64,000 nucleotides of DNA from an uncultured Acidobacteriota bacterium (lineage in GTDB: Bacteria; Acidobacteriota; Vicinamibacteria; Vicinamibacterales; UBA2999), in contig CAVPRP010000012.1 of assembly GCA_963707825.1 (NCBI GenBank), forward strand, positions 22,003 through 86,002, given 5' to 3'. A program made the position numbers and the translations under genes. Positions 23,267-36,930 of this stretch are shown here, in pieces. The notes beneath the pieces are model-generated. The model was not told the origin of the DNA. It made no database searches and saw only the letters and a list, made by a program, of their open reading frames with translations. Within the stretch, counting starts at the first letter, position 1; every line of letters starts with the position of its first letter.

Positions 23267-25212
23267 TTACAGCCGCGTCGAGGCGGCGGGGTTGGGAATC
23301 GAGACCTTGGGCGCCTCGGGCGTCCAGTCCTCGCCCGGGTTGATGAAGCGGTTGGTCTCGAGCTTGTACTGCTTGTCGTACAGCTGACGGTAGCGTCCGT
23401 TGGCGCGCCAGCAGCTCGTCGTGCGTGCCGCGCTCGACGATCTCGCCGCCCTCCATCACCAGGATCTGATCGGCGCTGCGGATCGTCGACAGGCGGTGCG
23501 CGATGACGAACGTGGTGCGGCCCGTCGCGCAGCTGCTTGCAGGCCGTCCTGGATCATCTCTTCGCTCTCGCTGTCGAGGCTCGACGTCGCTTCGTCGAGG
23601 ATCAGCACCTTGCGGCGCGGCCAGGATCGCGCGCGCGATCGAGACGCGCTGGCGCTGACCGCCGCGACAACTTGATGCCGCGCTCGCCGACGATCGTGTC
23701 GTAGCCTTCGGGGAACTTGAGGATGAACTCCTCGCAGTGCGCGACCTGCGCGGCGTGCTTGATCTCGTCGAGCGTCGACGCCGGGCTTCGCGTAGCCGAT
23801 GTTGTCGGCGATCGTGCCGTCGAACAGGAAGTTCTCCTGCAGCACCGACGCCAGCTGCTCGCGGTAGTCGCGCAGCGGAATCGTCCGCCAGGTCCTTGCC
23901 GTCGACGAGGATGCGGCCCTTGAGCGGCCGGTTGAACGCCATCACCAGGCTGATCAGCGTGCTCTTGCCCGAGCCGCTCGATCCGACGAGCGCCGTCGTC
24001 GTGCCCGGGCGCGGCGTGGAACGTGACGCCCTTCAGCACCGGCTGTCCGGGGTTGTATTCGAACCACACGTCCTCGAAGCGGATGTCGCCGCGGATCTCG
24101 CCGAGCGACGCCTTGCCGTCGTCCGCCTCGTCCTCGGTCTGCATGTTCATGATCTCGCGGATGCGGTCGAGGCCGGCGAACGCCTCGGTGATCTGCGTGC
24201 CGATGCTGGCGATCGAGATCATCGGCGCCGCCAGCAGGCCGATGAAGAAGATGTACATGACGAAGTCGCCGAGCGTCATGCTGCCCGGCGAGGATGTCGT
24301 TGCCGCCCATCCAGATCATCACGACGCCGACGACGCCGATGATCACCGTGCTGCCGGAGGTGGTGGCCGAGACGCCGGTCATCGACTGCGCGATGTTGCG
24401 GAACAGCCGGTGCGCGCCCTTGGTGAAGACGATCTCTTCGCGCTTCTCGGCGGTGTAGCTCTTGACGATGCGGATGCCGCCGAGCGCTTCGGTGAGCCGG
24501 CCGGTGACCTCCGCCTGGATCTTGCCGCGCTCGCGGAACAGCGGCCGCAGCCGCTGGAACGCGTAGGCCATGCCGCCGCCGAACAGCGCCGAGCACGACG
24601 GCCGTGACGAGCGTCAGGCGCCAGTTGAGGTAGAGCAGCACGCCGAGGCTGATGATCGCGGTGACCATGCCGCCGACCAGCTGCACCAGGCCGGTGCCGA
24701 CCAGGTTGCGGATGCCTTCGGCGTCGCTCATGATGCGCGACAGCAGCACGCCGGTCTGCGTGGAGTCGAAATAGCGCACCGGCAGGCGCATGATCTTGGC
24801 CTGCACGCGCTTGCGCATGTCGGTGATGGCGCGCTGCGCGGCCACGCCGAGGATCTGCGAGAGGCCGAAGCTGGTGATCGCCTGGACGATCGTGGCGGCG
24901 CCGGCGGCCAGCGCGATCGGCATCAGCAGATCGTGCCGGCCCTTGCCGATCACGTCGTCGATGACGTACTTCGACGAGCGCCGGCAGCACGATGCCGGCC
25001 AGGCGGCTGATCATCATCAGCGCCAGGCCGATCGCCAGCCGGCGGCGATGCACCCAGACCAGCTCGCGGGACTCGCGCCAGGCCGCCGCGGCGGATCGAC
25101 CTTCTTCTTCGCCGCGGCCGCGGCCGCCGGCCGCGCGACGGCCGCGCGCCGCGCCGCCGACTCGCGTTCCGCTCGGCGCATGCTCGGGCGCGCCGGATCT
25201 CATGAGTGCCAT
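23267..25212 (-). CDS. ABC exporter, fused permease/ATPase (MsbA/multidrug type; frame-disrupted)
   Basis: TM-domain fragments ([45 protein letters not shown]), Walker [16 protein letters not shown], signature [26 protein letters not shown]. The tail [20 protein letters not shown] ends at the TAA at 23267-23269. Confidence 0.85.
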
Positions 25213-25224
25213 ATGCAGTCGTGC

Positions 25225-25612
25225 TTAGTTGAGGGCGTTGGGAACCGCGAGCGTGAACGGCGCGATGCGCGCCTCGAACGTCTCGCCGTCCGGCGTCACC
25301 ATCGTGTAGCTGCCGTGCATCGTGCCGACACGGCGTCTTCAGCGGACAGAAGCTGTTGTAGTTCGAAGATGCTCGCCGGGCTCCAGCACCGGCTGCTCGC
25401 CGACGACGCCTTCGCCGCGCACTTCCTCCTCTTCGCCGTCGGTGTTGGTGATGACCCAGTGCCGGCTGATGAGCTGCGCGGTGTCCGGTGCCGACGTTCG
25501 AGATGCGGATGAAATAGGCGAACCAGTATTCGTTGTCGCGCGGCGAGCTGCGTTCGGGAAGGAACTTGGTCGTCACCTGCACGCGGATCCCGTTGGTCGT
25601 CGTATCGCTCAC
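25225..25612 (-). CDS. apaG: ApaG (DUF525) protein (frame-disrupted)
   Basis: [41 protein letters not shown], then [29 protein letters not shown] read in a second frame. GTG start. Confidence 0.8.
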
Positions 25613-25618
25613 GGTTTG

Positions 25619-25624
25619 ATTATA
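25619..25624 (-). promoter_or_regulatory. -10 hexamer TATAAT, 6 nt upstream of the apaG GTG (leaderless-type arrangement)
   Basis: Minus strand reads gagTATAATcaaaccGTG, with no SD in the gap. Confidence 0.45.
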
Positions 25625-25626
25625 CT

Positions 25627-25668
25627 CGGTCTTGCGGCTCGCGGCTTGCGGGCTTGACGGCCTGACTC
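25627..25668. repeat. Short array G of 7-8-nt units (CGGTCTTG CGGCTCG CGGCTTG CGGGCTTGA CGGCCTGA), reverse orientation of the CAAGMCC family
   Basis: Direct reading, between the UbiD-family stop (25667-25669) and the apaG -10 box. Confidence 0.7.
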
Positions 25669-27489
25669 AATCGAGATGGCCGCGCTCCGAATCGCCCATC
25701 TCGACGCGGCCGCGCGGGAAGTATTCCGCCAGCGCTGCGTGACCGGTCGCGGCGATGTCGTCGCGGCAGGTGACTTCCTCCGGGTACCACGGCTTCATGC
25801 GCGCGTCGATCACGATCGGCGGCTCGTAGGCGATGTGGTGGCGCACGACGCGCGCGCGCGCGGCGTGAATGTCGGCCGCCGGCTCGAAGCGCGTGAACGT
25901 CGTCCACAGGAAGTTCATGTCGCTGCGCGTCGCGCGCGCGCGGCTCGTCGCTGACGACGACCAGCGGCCAGCCGGCAAAGGCCGGATGCGCGGCGATGCC
26001 GCGCCGGCGCGTCGCGGTCGTCGGCGAACGGACGGCGCGCCGACCACCAGGCAGCCGCCGCAGAAGACGCGCACGTCCGTCACGTCCGACGGCGGCGGCA
26101 CCGGCGGCGCGAACTGCGCGCGGCAGCTCGCGGACCGGATCGCCGAGCCCGAGCCACACGCCCTTCGAGCCTTCGTTGACGACCGGCCCGGTGTAGTCGA
26201 GCGTGTCCATCGACAGGTTCGAGAACACGTAGAGGTCGGTCTGCGGATCGGTGCGCGCCAGCACGTGCTCCAGCGTGGCACGGAAGTCCTTCAGATCCAC
26301 TAGCCGATCGGTCAGGAGCAGGAACTTCGTCAGCGACAGCTGCCCTTCGCCGAGGATGCGGAAGGCGCTGGCCATCGCTTCGCGCTTGTAGCGCTGCTTG
26401 ACGACGGCGCCGGCCAGCGAGTGATAGCCGGTCTCGCCGTACGACCACAGCTGCTCGACCGCCGGCATCACCAGCGGGAAGAGCGGCGACAGCAGCTCCT
26501 GCAGCAGATCGCCGATGAAGAAGTCCTCCTGGCGCGGCTTGCCGACGACGGTCGCCGGATAGATCGCGTCGCTGGCGATGCGCGATCTGCCGGACGTCGA
26601 ACACCGGGATAGTCGTGCTGCAGCGAGTAGTAGCCGTAGTGATCGCCGAAGGGGCCTTCGGGCCGGCGCACGATGCGGCGGCACCTCGCCCATCAGCGCG
26701 AACTCGGCCGTCGCGATCAGCGGATGCGGATGGCCGTTCGGGGCCGGCGACCTGCGGCAGCCGCTCGCCGGCGATCAGCGACGCCAGCATCAGCTCGGGC
26801 ACGTTCTCGGGCAGCGGCGCGATCGCCGACGAGGATCAGCGCCGGCGGCCCGCCGAGAAACACCGTCAGCCGGCAGCGCCTGGCCGCGCGCCTCGGCCAC
26901 GCGCGTAGTGGAAGCCGCCGCCCTTGCCGATCTGCCAGTGCATGCCGGTCGTACGCGCGTCGTGCACGTGCATGCGGTACATGCCGAGGTTGTGCCCGTG
27001 GCCGTCGGGATGCTGGTGTAGACGAGCGGCAGCGTGACGAACGGCCCGCCGTCCTCGGGCCAGCACGTGATCACCGGCAGCGCGATCGAGCCGCACGTCC
27101 GACGGTGACGACTTCGCGCACCGGGCCCGATCGCTGACGCGCTGCGTGCCGACCTTGAGCAGGTCCGAGGCCGACGTCGCGCGCGCCCCACAGCTTGGCC
27201 GGCGTCGGCGGCAGGAGCGTCTCGGCCAGGTGCACGAGGCGCTTGATCAGGCGAAGCGGCCGCTCGCCGAACGCCAGCTCGGCGCGACGCGCGGTGCCGA
27301 ACAGGTTGGTGACGAGCGGGAAATCGGCGCCGCTTGACGTTGGTGAACAGCAGCGCCGGGCCCGCCCGCGGCGATGACGCGGCGATGGATCTCCGCCGCC
27401 TCCAGGTTGGCATCGACCGGCGCCGCGATCTCGACGAGATCGCGATCGCGCCGCAGCTGGTCGATGAAGGTGCGAAGGTCAGGGAACAT
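25667..27489 (-). CDS. UbiD-family (prenylated-FMN dependent) decarboxylase (frame-disrupted)
   Basis: MFPDLRTFIDQLRRDRDLVEIAAPVDANLEAAEIHRRVIAAGGP; ITCWPEDGGPFVTLPLVYT; GMYRMHVHDARTTGMHWQIGKGGGFHY; YPATVVGKPRQEDFFIGDLLQELLSPLFPLVMP; C-terminal ARMKPWYPEEV. Confidence 0.85.
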
Positions 27490-28592
27490 CGTGAACGACG
27501 CGGCCTCCAATGACGGTCAGGACGCTGCGGGCGCGGAGCAGATCCTCGCGCGACGCACGGAACGGATCGACCGACAGCACCGCGAGATCGGCCAGCGCGC
27601 CGACGGTGAGGTGGCCCTTCTCGCGGTCGGCGAGCTGCGCGGCGGCCGACCCGCGCGTGAACGCGGCGACGGCCTGCTCCATCGTGAGCGCCTCGTCGCC
27701 TCGCTCGGGCGCGGTGGCCCAGGCCAGCACGTCGAAGCGGACGGGCGGCACCTCCCGAGCCCAGCGCGAGCGTCACTCCGTCTTTGACGAGCGAGCGCAT
27801 GGGGACGGTCCCCTCGGGCCGCTGCACCACCACCATGCCGGTCGAGGTCATCGACTGCGCCATCGCCACCGCCGCCATGCCGGGATGTTCAAGACGCGGC
27901 CGCTTCTTCATCCACACTTCGGTCGTGCCGGTCTTGGCGACGGCATCGACGTAGATCGCCAGCGCCCGGTCGTCCCGCGGCTCGATCGCCAGCAGATCCT
28001 CGGTGCCGTAACCCCACCCCACCGCCTGATGGATGCGGGCCTCGTCGCCCGCGCCGAGGACGAAGCCCATGCCGCGCACGTCGAGCAGGAAGCTCGGTTG
28101 CGGCGGCAGGTGCGGCCGGCTGTCGATGGACTGGCCGTCGGCGCCGGTGCGGGGCATGCGGAAGACGCGGATGCGCAGCGGAGTGTCGGCGGCAAGCAGC
28201 GCCTGGGCCACGGCCGCCACCGGGCGTCCGTCGACGAACCACTGCATCGAGGTCACGCCGTCGGCGATGGCAGCGCGGGCCACGCCGGTCAGCGCCGCCG
28301 CGTCGCCGCCGGGGTCGTTCACGTGCGCGTCGTTGAAGCCGGGAATGACCGCGCGGCCGCCGAGATCCCGTCGGGCCGACGCGGACGAGGCCAGGGCGGC
28401 GACCTCCGCGGTGGTGCCGACGGCCACCACCCGGTCACCGCGCAGGGCCAGCGCCTCGGCCCACGGATTCGCCGGGTCGGCCGTGAACACGTGGCCGTTC
28501 AGCAGCACGGTGTCGGGCGCCGGCGGCGCGCAGGCGCCGCCGAGCGTCACCAGACACAGGACGCAGAGACGCGCCCAACCCGTGCGACTCAC
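27479..28592 (-). CDS. Exported amidohydrolase-family protein (one frame break)
   Basis: Lipoprotein-like N-terminus [22 protein letters not shown]; LLNGHVFTADPANPWAEALALRGDRVVAVG; AVIPGFNDAHV; C-terminal GHLTVGALADLAVLSVDPF..VLTVIGGRVVH. The GTG start overlaps the DinB-family stop (GTGA). Confidence 0.7.
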
Positions 28593-29084
28593 CCCTTCCA
28601 GGGCTCGTCGACGCTGCCGCCGTAGATGCTCGGCACCTTGCCCCCATCGGGCGCAGGTAGGCCGACAGCTGACCGCGGTGATGCACGATGTGGACCGCCT
28701 GCCAGACCAGGAACTGCACGTTCGGCATCTTCATCCCGAAGAAGTCCACGACCTCGCCAGCTTGCCGGCTCGCATGCGCCAGCACCTGCTCGAGCGCCTT
28801 GGGGATCTCGTGCTTGTACCAGTCGACCAGGCCCTTGATGGTCGGGCGCCGCGGCTCCTGCGGTCCGGGCGACGAAATTGCTGGGTGAGCACGCCGTCCA
28901 GGAACCACACGTCGGAACGGCCAGGTGCACGGCGAGATCCCAGGCCGTGCGGCTCTTCGGAGCCGGCGACCAGGCCTTCTTGTCTTCGGGAATGGCCTCG
29001 ATCACCTTCACCGTGGTCATCCACTCGTGCTGCAGCTGCTGCCCGACGTGCCTCGGCGACAGCCTTGCCTTGATCTGCGGTCAT
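28589..29084 (-). CDS. DinB-family (four-helix bundle) protein (frame-disrupted)
   Basis: [20 protein letters not shown].., [32 protein letters not shown], and the C-terminal [32 protein letters not shown]. Confidence 0.65.
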
Positions 29085-29110
29085 GGTCGCTCTCCTTGTG
29101 CGGACGTCGC

Positions 29111-30795
<1,685 letters not shown>

Positions 30796-30896
30796 GAACT
30801 ATCGATGATACTGCAGGCCGGATCGAGCGGAGCTGGCCAGATCGCTAGACAACAATGCGACTGCCGGCCGTGCAGCTCGTAGCCGAGCCCGTCGCT

Positions 30897-33783
30897 CTAC
30901 TCCGGCTTCAGCGTGACGAGCGTGTAACGGTCCAGTCGGGAAGTACTTCTTGAACATCCCTTGATGTTCTCCGGCGTCAGCTGCTCGGTGCGCTCGCTCG
31001 CGGCGCGCGATGCCGACCGGATCCCAGCCGTACATGTGCACGGTCTGCATCGAGCCCAGCCAGTAGGAGTTCTGCTTCGCGTTGGTCTCGAGGTCGCGGC
31101 GCTCCAGCTCCTTCACCTTGCTCACATCGTCGGCCGACGGCCCCTCGGTCTTCAGGCGCTCGATCTCCTTCGAGCACGGCGTTCGACCAGCTTGTCGACG
31201 TTCTCGGGCGAGCTGCCGAACTGGATGACGCATCGCGCCGTAGCCCTTGAGCGGCAGGCGTGTTGTCGTAAGCCGACCGACGACGCCGTAGGTGCCGCCC
31301 AGCTCCTCGCGCAGGATCTCGCGCAGGCGGATGTTGAGCACGGTGGCCGCCGCGCGGGCGCGATGCATCTCGAATTCGTCCAGCCGGATCGGCGAAGAAC
31401 GACATCACCGTCTGGCTGGCCGGCTCCTTGCCCTTCTTCACTTCTTCCTTCACGACCGCGGTCGGGGAAACGGACGCCCATGTCGCTGAACGGCCGAGGT
31501 CTTCTTGCCGGTCGACGGCAGCGACGCCGATCCACTTCTCGAGCAGCGGCGTGATCTCGGCTCGGTGAACGCGCCGACGAAGAAGTAGGTGAAGTCGGCG
31601 GCGTTGGCGAAGCGCGCGCTGATAGAACGGCTGCATCGCGTCGAGGTTCAGGTTCGGCACGTCGGCCGGCGTCAGCGCGCTTGGCGCTGTAGTGATTCGA
31701 GGTGTTGACCTGCTCGACCTTCTCGCCGAACACGGCGCGCGGATTCTGTCGCGGTTCTCGCAGCGCGCGCGACGAGGCGGCGCTTGAGCAGCTCGAGCGC
31801 GTCCGGCGTCATGTTCGGCGCGGTGAACGCGAGGTAGTTCAGCTGCAGCGCGGTCTCGAGATCCTTCGGCGTGGCCGAGCCGCTGATGCCCTGGGTGTAG
31901 TCGCCGATCGACGGCGAGGCCTGCGCGATCTTGCCGGACAGCATCTTGCTGAGATCGACCGGGTTCAGCCCGCCGATGCCGCCGACGCCGACCATCGCGG
32001 TCGCCAGGCTCGGCGCTCTGGAAGTCCTCTTCGGGCGCCAGCGACATGCCGCCCGGCGCGTAGGCGCGTGAACAGGATCTGATCGTTCTTGAAGTCGGTC
32101 GGCTTGAGCCACACCTCGACGCCGTTCGACAGCGTCAGCACGGTCGCGCCGATCTCCGGCACGGTGCGGCGCGACGCCACCTTGCCGCGGCGCGGCGGCT
32201 TCTCGACCAGCGTCGCGTCCGGCCGTCGCTTCCGCCCACGCGCTCGACCGGCGCGCTGCCGGCGCGCGCGATCGCCGCGCGCAGCGTGTCGGCCGTCGGC
32301 GGCGGCGTCGTCCTTCTTCTCCGGCGCCACGCCGAGCACGACGCGGTTGTCGTCGGTGATGAGTGCCTTGCGCGAGCGCGCGACACTTCGTCGGCGGTGA
32401 TCGTCGGCAGGTAGGTCGCCGCGATCTGGTATTCGAACTCCATGCCGGGAATCGGTTCCTGCTGCAGGAAGTGGCGCACGTATTCGTTGGCGTAGTTCGG
32501 GCTCTCGGACGTCTCGCGCTCCTTGTAGGCGCGCTCGTAGCCGGCGAGCAGCGCCGCCTTGGCGCGATTCAGCTCGTCGGCGCTGAAGCCGAACTGCTGC
32601 ATGCGCTTGGCTTCCGGCATCAGCGCGCCGAGCCCTGCGGTGATCTTGCCCTCCGGCACCGCCGCGCTCGAGCTCGAACAGCTCGAGCGAGCGGCCGATG
32701 CTGCTGGCGCCGGCCTCCGCGCCGAGGAACGGCGCGTTCGGCCGCCGCGCGATCTCGCGCAGGCGCAGGTTGAGCATCTGCGAGACGAGGCTGCTGCGAC
32801 CAGCGTCTTGCGATAGCCGCGCACCGTCTCGCTCGTTCTCGGCCTTGCGCTTGAACTCGACCGACACCGACCAGCCCTGCGCTTCGGGATCGGTGGACAT
32901 GTTGACGAGCGTTTCCTTGTGCGACGGCACCGTGCGGATCGACCGTTCGCCACCGGCGCCGTTCGCGGCGCGGAATGCCGGCGAAGTGCGCGCTGCACCA
33001 TCTTCTCGGCCTCGGCCGACCGGGATGTCGCCGACCACCACCACCGCCATCTGATCCGGGCGGTACCACTTCTGGTAGAACGCGAGCAGCCGCTCGCGCG
33101 GCGCGTTCTTGCAGGATCTCGGGCAGGCCGATCGGCAGCCGCTCGGCGTAGCGCGAGCCCTGGAAGATCACCGGCAGCTGCTTGTCGGTCAGGCGCGAGC
33201 CGGCGCCGAGCCGGCCGCGCCATTCTTCGAGGACGACGCCGCGCTCCTTCTCGATCTCCTCCGGCAGCAGCGAGAATGCCGCCGGCGAAGTCGTGCAGCA
33301 CCAGTCAGGCCCTCGATCGACGTAGCCCGGCCGATCGGTCGGGATGTCGAGCATGTAGATGGTTTCGTCGAACGACGGTCGAGGCGTTGACGTGCGGACC
33401 GAAGCGCGCGCCGATCGACTCGAGGAACGACACCAGCTCGCCCGGCTTGAAGTGCTCGCGTGCCGTTGAACGCCATGTGCTCGATGAAGTGCGCGAGGCC
33501 GCGCTGATCGGTCGTCTTCCTGGATCGCGCCGGCGTTCACGGCCAGGCGCATCGAGACGCGATTGGCCGGCCGCCGTTCTGGCGGATGAAATAGCGTGAG
33601 ACCGTTGGCAGCTGGCCGGTGCGCACCGCCGGATCGATCGGCAGCGCTGCGATCGAGCGCCAGCTCGGCCGGCGGAGCCGCGGCCTGCGGCGCGGGCGCC
33701 TGGGCCGGCGACGCCTGCGCCCAGATCGAGACCGACCCGCTCACTACGACCGCCGCCAGCACATCCGCTCGAAACATCCGCAT
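30897..33783 (-). CDS. Large exported M16 (pitrilysin/PqqL-like) zinc peptidase, two M16 units (heavily frame-disrupted)
   Basis: AGGAGA SD before ATG 33783. Signal-like N-terminus. HxxEH motif GLAHFIEHMAFNGT read on the minus strand near 33470-33500. M16 C-domain fragments run throughout. The tail LDRYTLVTLKPE ends at the TAG at 30897-30899. Confidence 0.8.
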
Positions 33784-33853
33784 CGGCAATCTCCTGGTCA
33801 ACAACTCACTGCGATACGGCCACTCAAGTGCACTGCGCGGCGATCCCTGAGCA

Positions 33854-33859
33854 TACTAT
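33854..33859 (+). promoter_or_regulatory. -10-like TACTAT, 6 nt upstream of the dut ATG
   Basis: gcaTACTATcctgccATG, no SD. Confidence 0.4.
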
Positions 33860-33865
33860 CCTGCC

Positions 33866-34304
33866 ATGCGCCTCAAGATTAAACGTCTGGAACCCGCCGA
33901 TTCGGCCTGCCCGAGCCCGCCACCGGCGGCGCCGCCGGCTTCGACCTGGCCGCCGCCGACGACATCGAGATTCCGCCGCAGCAGCATCCGCCTGGTAGGG
34001 ACGGGACTGGTGATTGCCGTGCCGGACGGCTACTTCCTGGGGATCTTCGCGCGCAGCAGCACGCCGCTCGAAGCGCGGCCTGATGGTGGCCAACGGCGTC
34101 GGCGTGATCGACGCCGACTATTGCGGCCCCGACGACGAGATCAAGATTCAGGTGCTGAACATCACCGACGCGCCGGTCACCGTGACCAGCGCGGCGATCG
34201 GCTGGCGCAGGGCATCGTGCTGCCCTGCCCCGGCGTGTGAGTGGGAGGAAGTCGCGGAGATGGTGACGCCGACCCGCGGCGGGTTCGGCAGCACCGGGTC
34301 CTGA
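33866..34304 (+). CDS. dut: dUTP diphosphatase (frame-disrupted)
   Basis: MRLKIKRL.., GAAGFDLAAADDIEIPP (alternative frame), LVGTGLVIAVPDGYFLGIFARSS, LMVANGVGVIDADYCGPDDEIKIQVLN, TRGGFGSTGS. Confidence 0.88.
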
Positions 34305-34348
34305 CGCGATCAGTCACGACGGCTGGCCTGATTGCGACGGCAACGCTG

Positions 34349-35447
34349 ATGCGCAGGATCCTCCACATCGACATGGACGCGTTCTACGCGTCGGTCGAGC
34401 AACGCGACAATCCGTCGCTGCGCGGGACAGCCGGTCGCCGTCGGCGGCGATCCGACCGGGCGCGGCGTGGTCGCCGCGGCCAGCTACGAAGCGCGCAAGT
34501 TCGGCGTCCGCTCGGCGATCCCGATGTCGCGCGCCGTCCGGCTCTGCCCGTCGCTCGTCATCGTCCGGCCCGGACTTCCACGAAGTACCGGATCGATCTC
34601 GCAGCAGATCTTCGCGATCTACCGCGAGGTGACGCCGCTCGTCGAGCCGCTGTCGCTGGACGAGGCGTATCTCGACGTGACCGAGAACACCTGGGGCGAG
34701 CCGCTCGGCGTCAACGTCGCGCGGCGGATTGAAGGAGCAGATCAAGGAGACCACCGGGCTGACCGCGTCGGCCGGCGTCGCGCCGAACAAGTTCCTGGCG
34801 AAGATCGCATCCGGCTGGAAGAAGCCCGACGGCCTCACCGTCGTCGCGCCCGAACGCGTCGAGAAGTTCCTGCAGGGACTGCCGGTCGATGCGCTGTGGG
34901 GCGTCGGGCCCGATGACCGCCGCGCGCCTGCGCGAGCACGGCATCGAGAAGCTGACCGACGTCCGCGCCCAGTCGGTCGACGATCTCGAAGCGATCGTCG
35001 GCAGCCTGGCGCGAGTGGCTGATCGATCTGGCGCACGGCCGCGACGATCGGCCGGTGGAGCCGAATCGGCCGTCGAAGTCGGCCGGCTCGGAGTGCACCT
35101 ATACGCAGGACCTGACCACGATGACCGAGATCCGCCGCGAAATCGACGAGATGGCGCGCGACGTCGCGGCCTGGCTCGAACGCCGCGAGCTGTTCGCGCG
35201 CACCGTCGTGATCAAGGTGCGCTACACCGACTTCACGACCGTCACGCGCAGCCACAGCACGCCGGTCGCGACGCGGGACGCCGACCAGCTGGCGGCGCGC
35301 GCCCTGGCGCTGATCGATCGGACCGATGCCGGCAAACGGCCGGTCCGCCTGCTCGGTGTCAGCGTGCACAACCTGGCCGACTCGCCCACGGCCACGCAGA
35401 CCGTTGTCGACGAGGAAGGCCGGCTTCCCTTCGGCGAACCCGAGTAG
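34349..35447 (+). CDS. dinB: DNA polymerase IV (frame-disrupted)
   Basis: [26 protein letters not shown]; [20 protein letters not shown]; [12 protein letters not shown]; [30 protein letters not shown]; [11 protein letters not shown]; [26 protein letters not shown]. Confidence 0.92.
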
Positions 35448-35485
35448 TGCGGACGCTGCCGCCCTTTTCCCGCACCCCGCAGGTC

Positions 35486-35494
35486 TGATACCGT
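35486..35494 (+). promoter_or_regulatory. Extended -10-like TGaTACCGT, 7 nt upstream of the M20 peptidase ATG
   Basis: cTGATACCGTtccccacATG, no SD. Confidence 0.4.
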
Positions 35495-35501
35495 TCCCCA
35501 C

Positions 35502-36926
35502 ATGATTCGCGTGCGTGCCCTTGCTGTCCTCGCGGCCCTGGCCGTCCTCGCCCCCGGCGTCTCCGCGCAGATGAAGCCGAACCCGGCGTTCGAAGCCGAA
35601 ACGATGCAGCATTTCCAGGCGCTGCTGCGCATCGACACCAGCAGCCCGCCGGGCAACGAGATGCGGGCGGTGGAGTACCTGAAGCAGGTGCTTCGAGAAG
35701 GAAGGCATCCCGTACCAGGTCTTCGCCAAGGACCCGCAGCGCGCCAATCATCGTCGCGCGCATCAAGGGCAACGGCAAGAAGCGGCCGATCCTGGTCATC
35801 GGCCACACCGACGTCGTGACCGTCGATCCGACCAAGTGGACGCATCCGCCATTCGGCGCCGAGCGCGACGGCGGCTACGTCTACGGCCGCGGCACGGTGG
35901 ACGACAAGGACAACCTGGTCGCCGGCGCTGATGCTGATGCTGACCCTCAAGCGCGACAGGCACGGCGCTCGATCGCGACGTCATCTTGCTGGCCGAGTCC
36001 GGCGAGGAAGGCGCGCCCGAGGTCGGCGCGCAGTTCATGGTCGACAACCACCTCGACGCGATCAACGCCGAGTTCTGCCTCGCCGAAGGCGGCGGCGTCG
36101 TGCGGACCGGCGGCAAGGTGCAGCAGGCGAACATCGGCACCACCGAGAAGGAACCGCGCTCCGTCGAGATCATCGCGCGCGGTCCCGCCGGCCACGGCTC
36201 GGTGCCGTCGCGGAACAACGCCGTCACGCGGCTGTCGAGCGCGGTCGGCAAGGTCGCCGAGTGGGTGCCGCCGCTGCGCGTCAACGAAACGACCGGCGCC
36301 TACTTCCGCAAGCTCGCCGACGATGGTCGCCGCCCGATGTGCGCGAAGATCTATCGCGACATCCTGAATCCCGACGTCAAGGTCGAACGGCCGGCCGTCG
36401 GACTGGCTGCTCGACAACGAGCCGCAGCACTGGTCGATGCTGCACACCTCGCTCGTGCCGACGATCATGAACGGCGGCTTCCGCTACAACGTCATCCCCT
36501 CGGAAGCCAAGGCGACGGTCGACGTGCGCCTGCATCCCGACGAAGATCAGTCGACGTTCCTCGACACGGTCCGCAAGGTCATCAACGACCCGAACGTCGA
36601 GGTGCGCTGGGCCCGCGATCGCTATCGCCCGGCCGGCACGCTCGTCGCTCGACGACCGAGGCCTTCACCGTGCTGGAGGCGCAGGTGAAGACGCACTACG
36701 ACACCGATGTGCTGCCGACGATGAGCACCGGCGCCACGCGACATGTCGCAGGTGCGATCCAAGGGCATCAAGTGCTACGGCATCGGGCCGGCGCTCGACA
36801 CCGAGGATGGCCCCAAGGGATTCGGCGCCCACAGCGACCAGGAGCGGATCCTCGAGAGCCGAGCTGCACCGCTTCGTGCGGTTCCAGTACGACGTCGTCA
36901 TCGCGCTGGCGGCCACGAAGAAGTAG
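35502..36926 (+). CDS. Exported M20-family metallopeptidase (frame-disrupted)
   Basis: Signal peptide MIRVRALAVLAALAVLAPGVSAQ; GHTDVVTVDPTKWTHPPFGAERDGGYVYGRGTVDDKDN; ESGEEGAPEVGAQFMV; ARGPAGHGSVP; SLVPTIMNGGFRYNVIPSEAKATVDVRL; GFGAHSDQERI. Confidence 0.85.
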
Positions 36927-36930
36927 CCGG

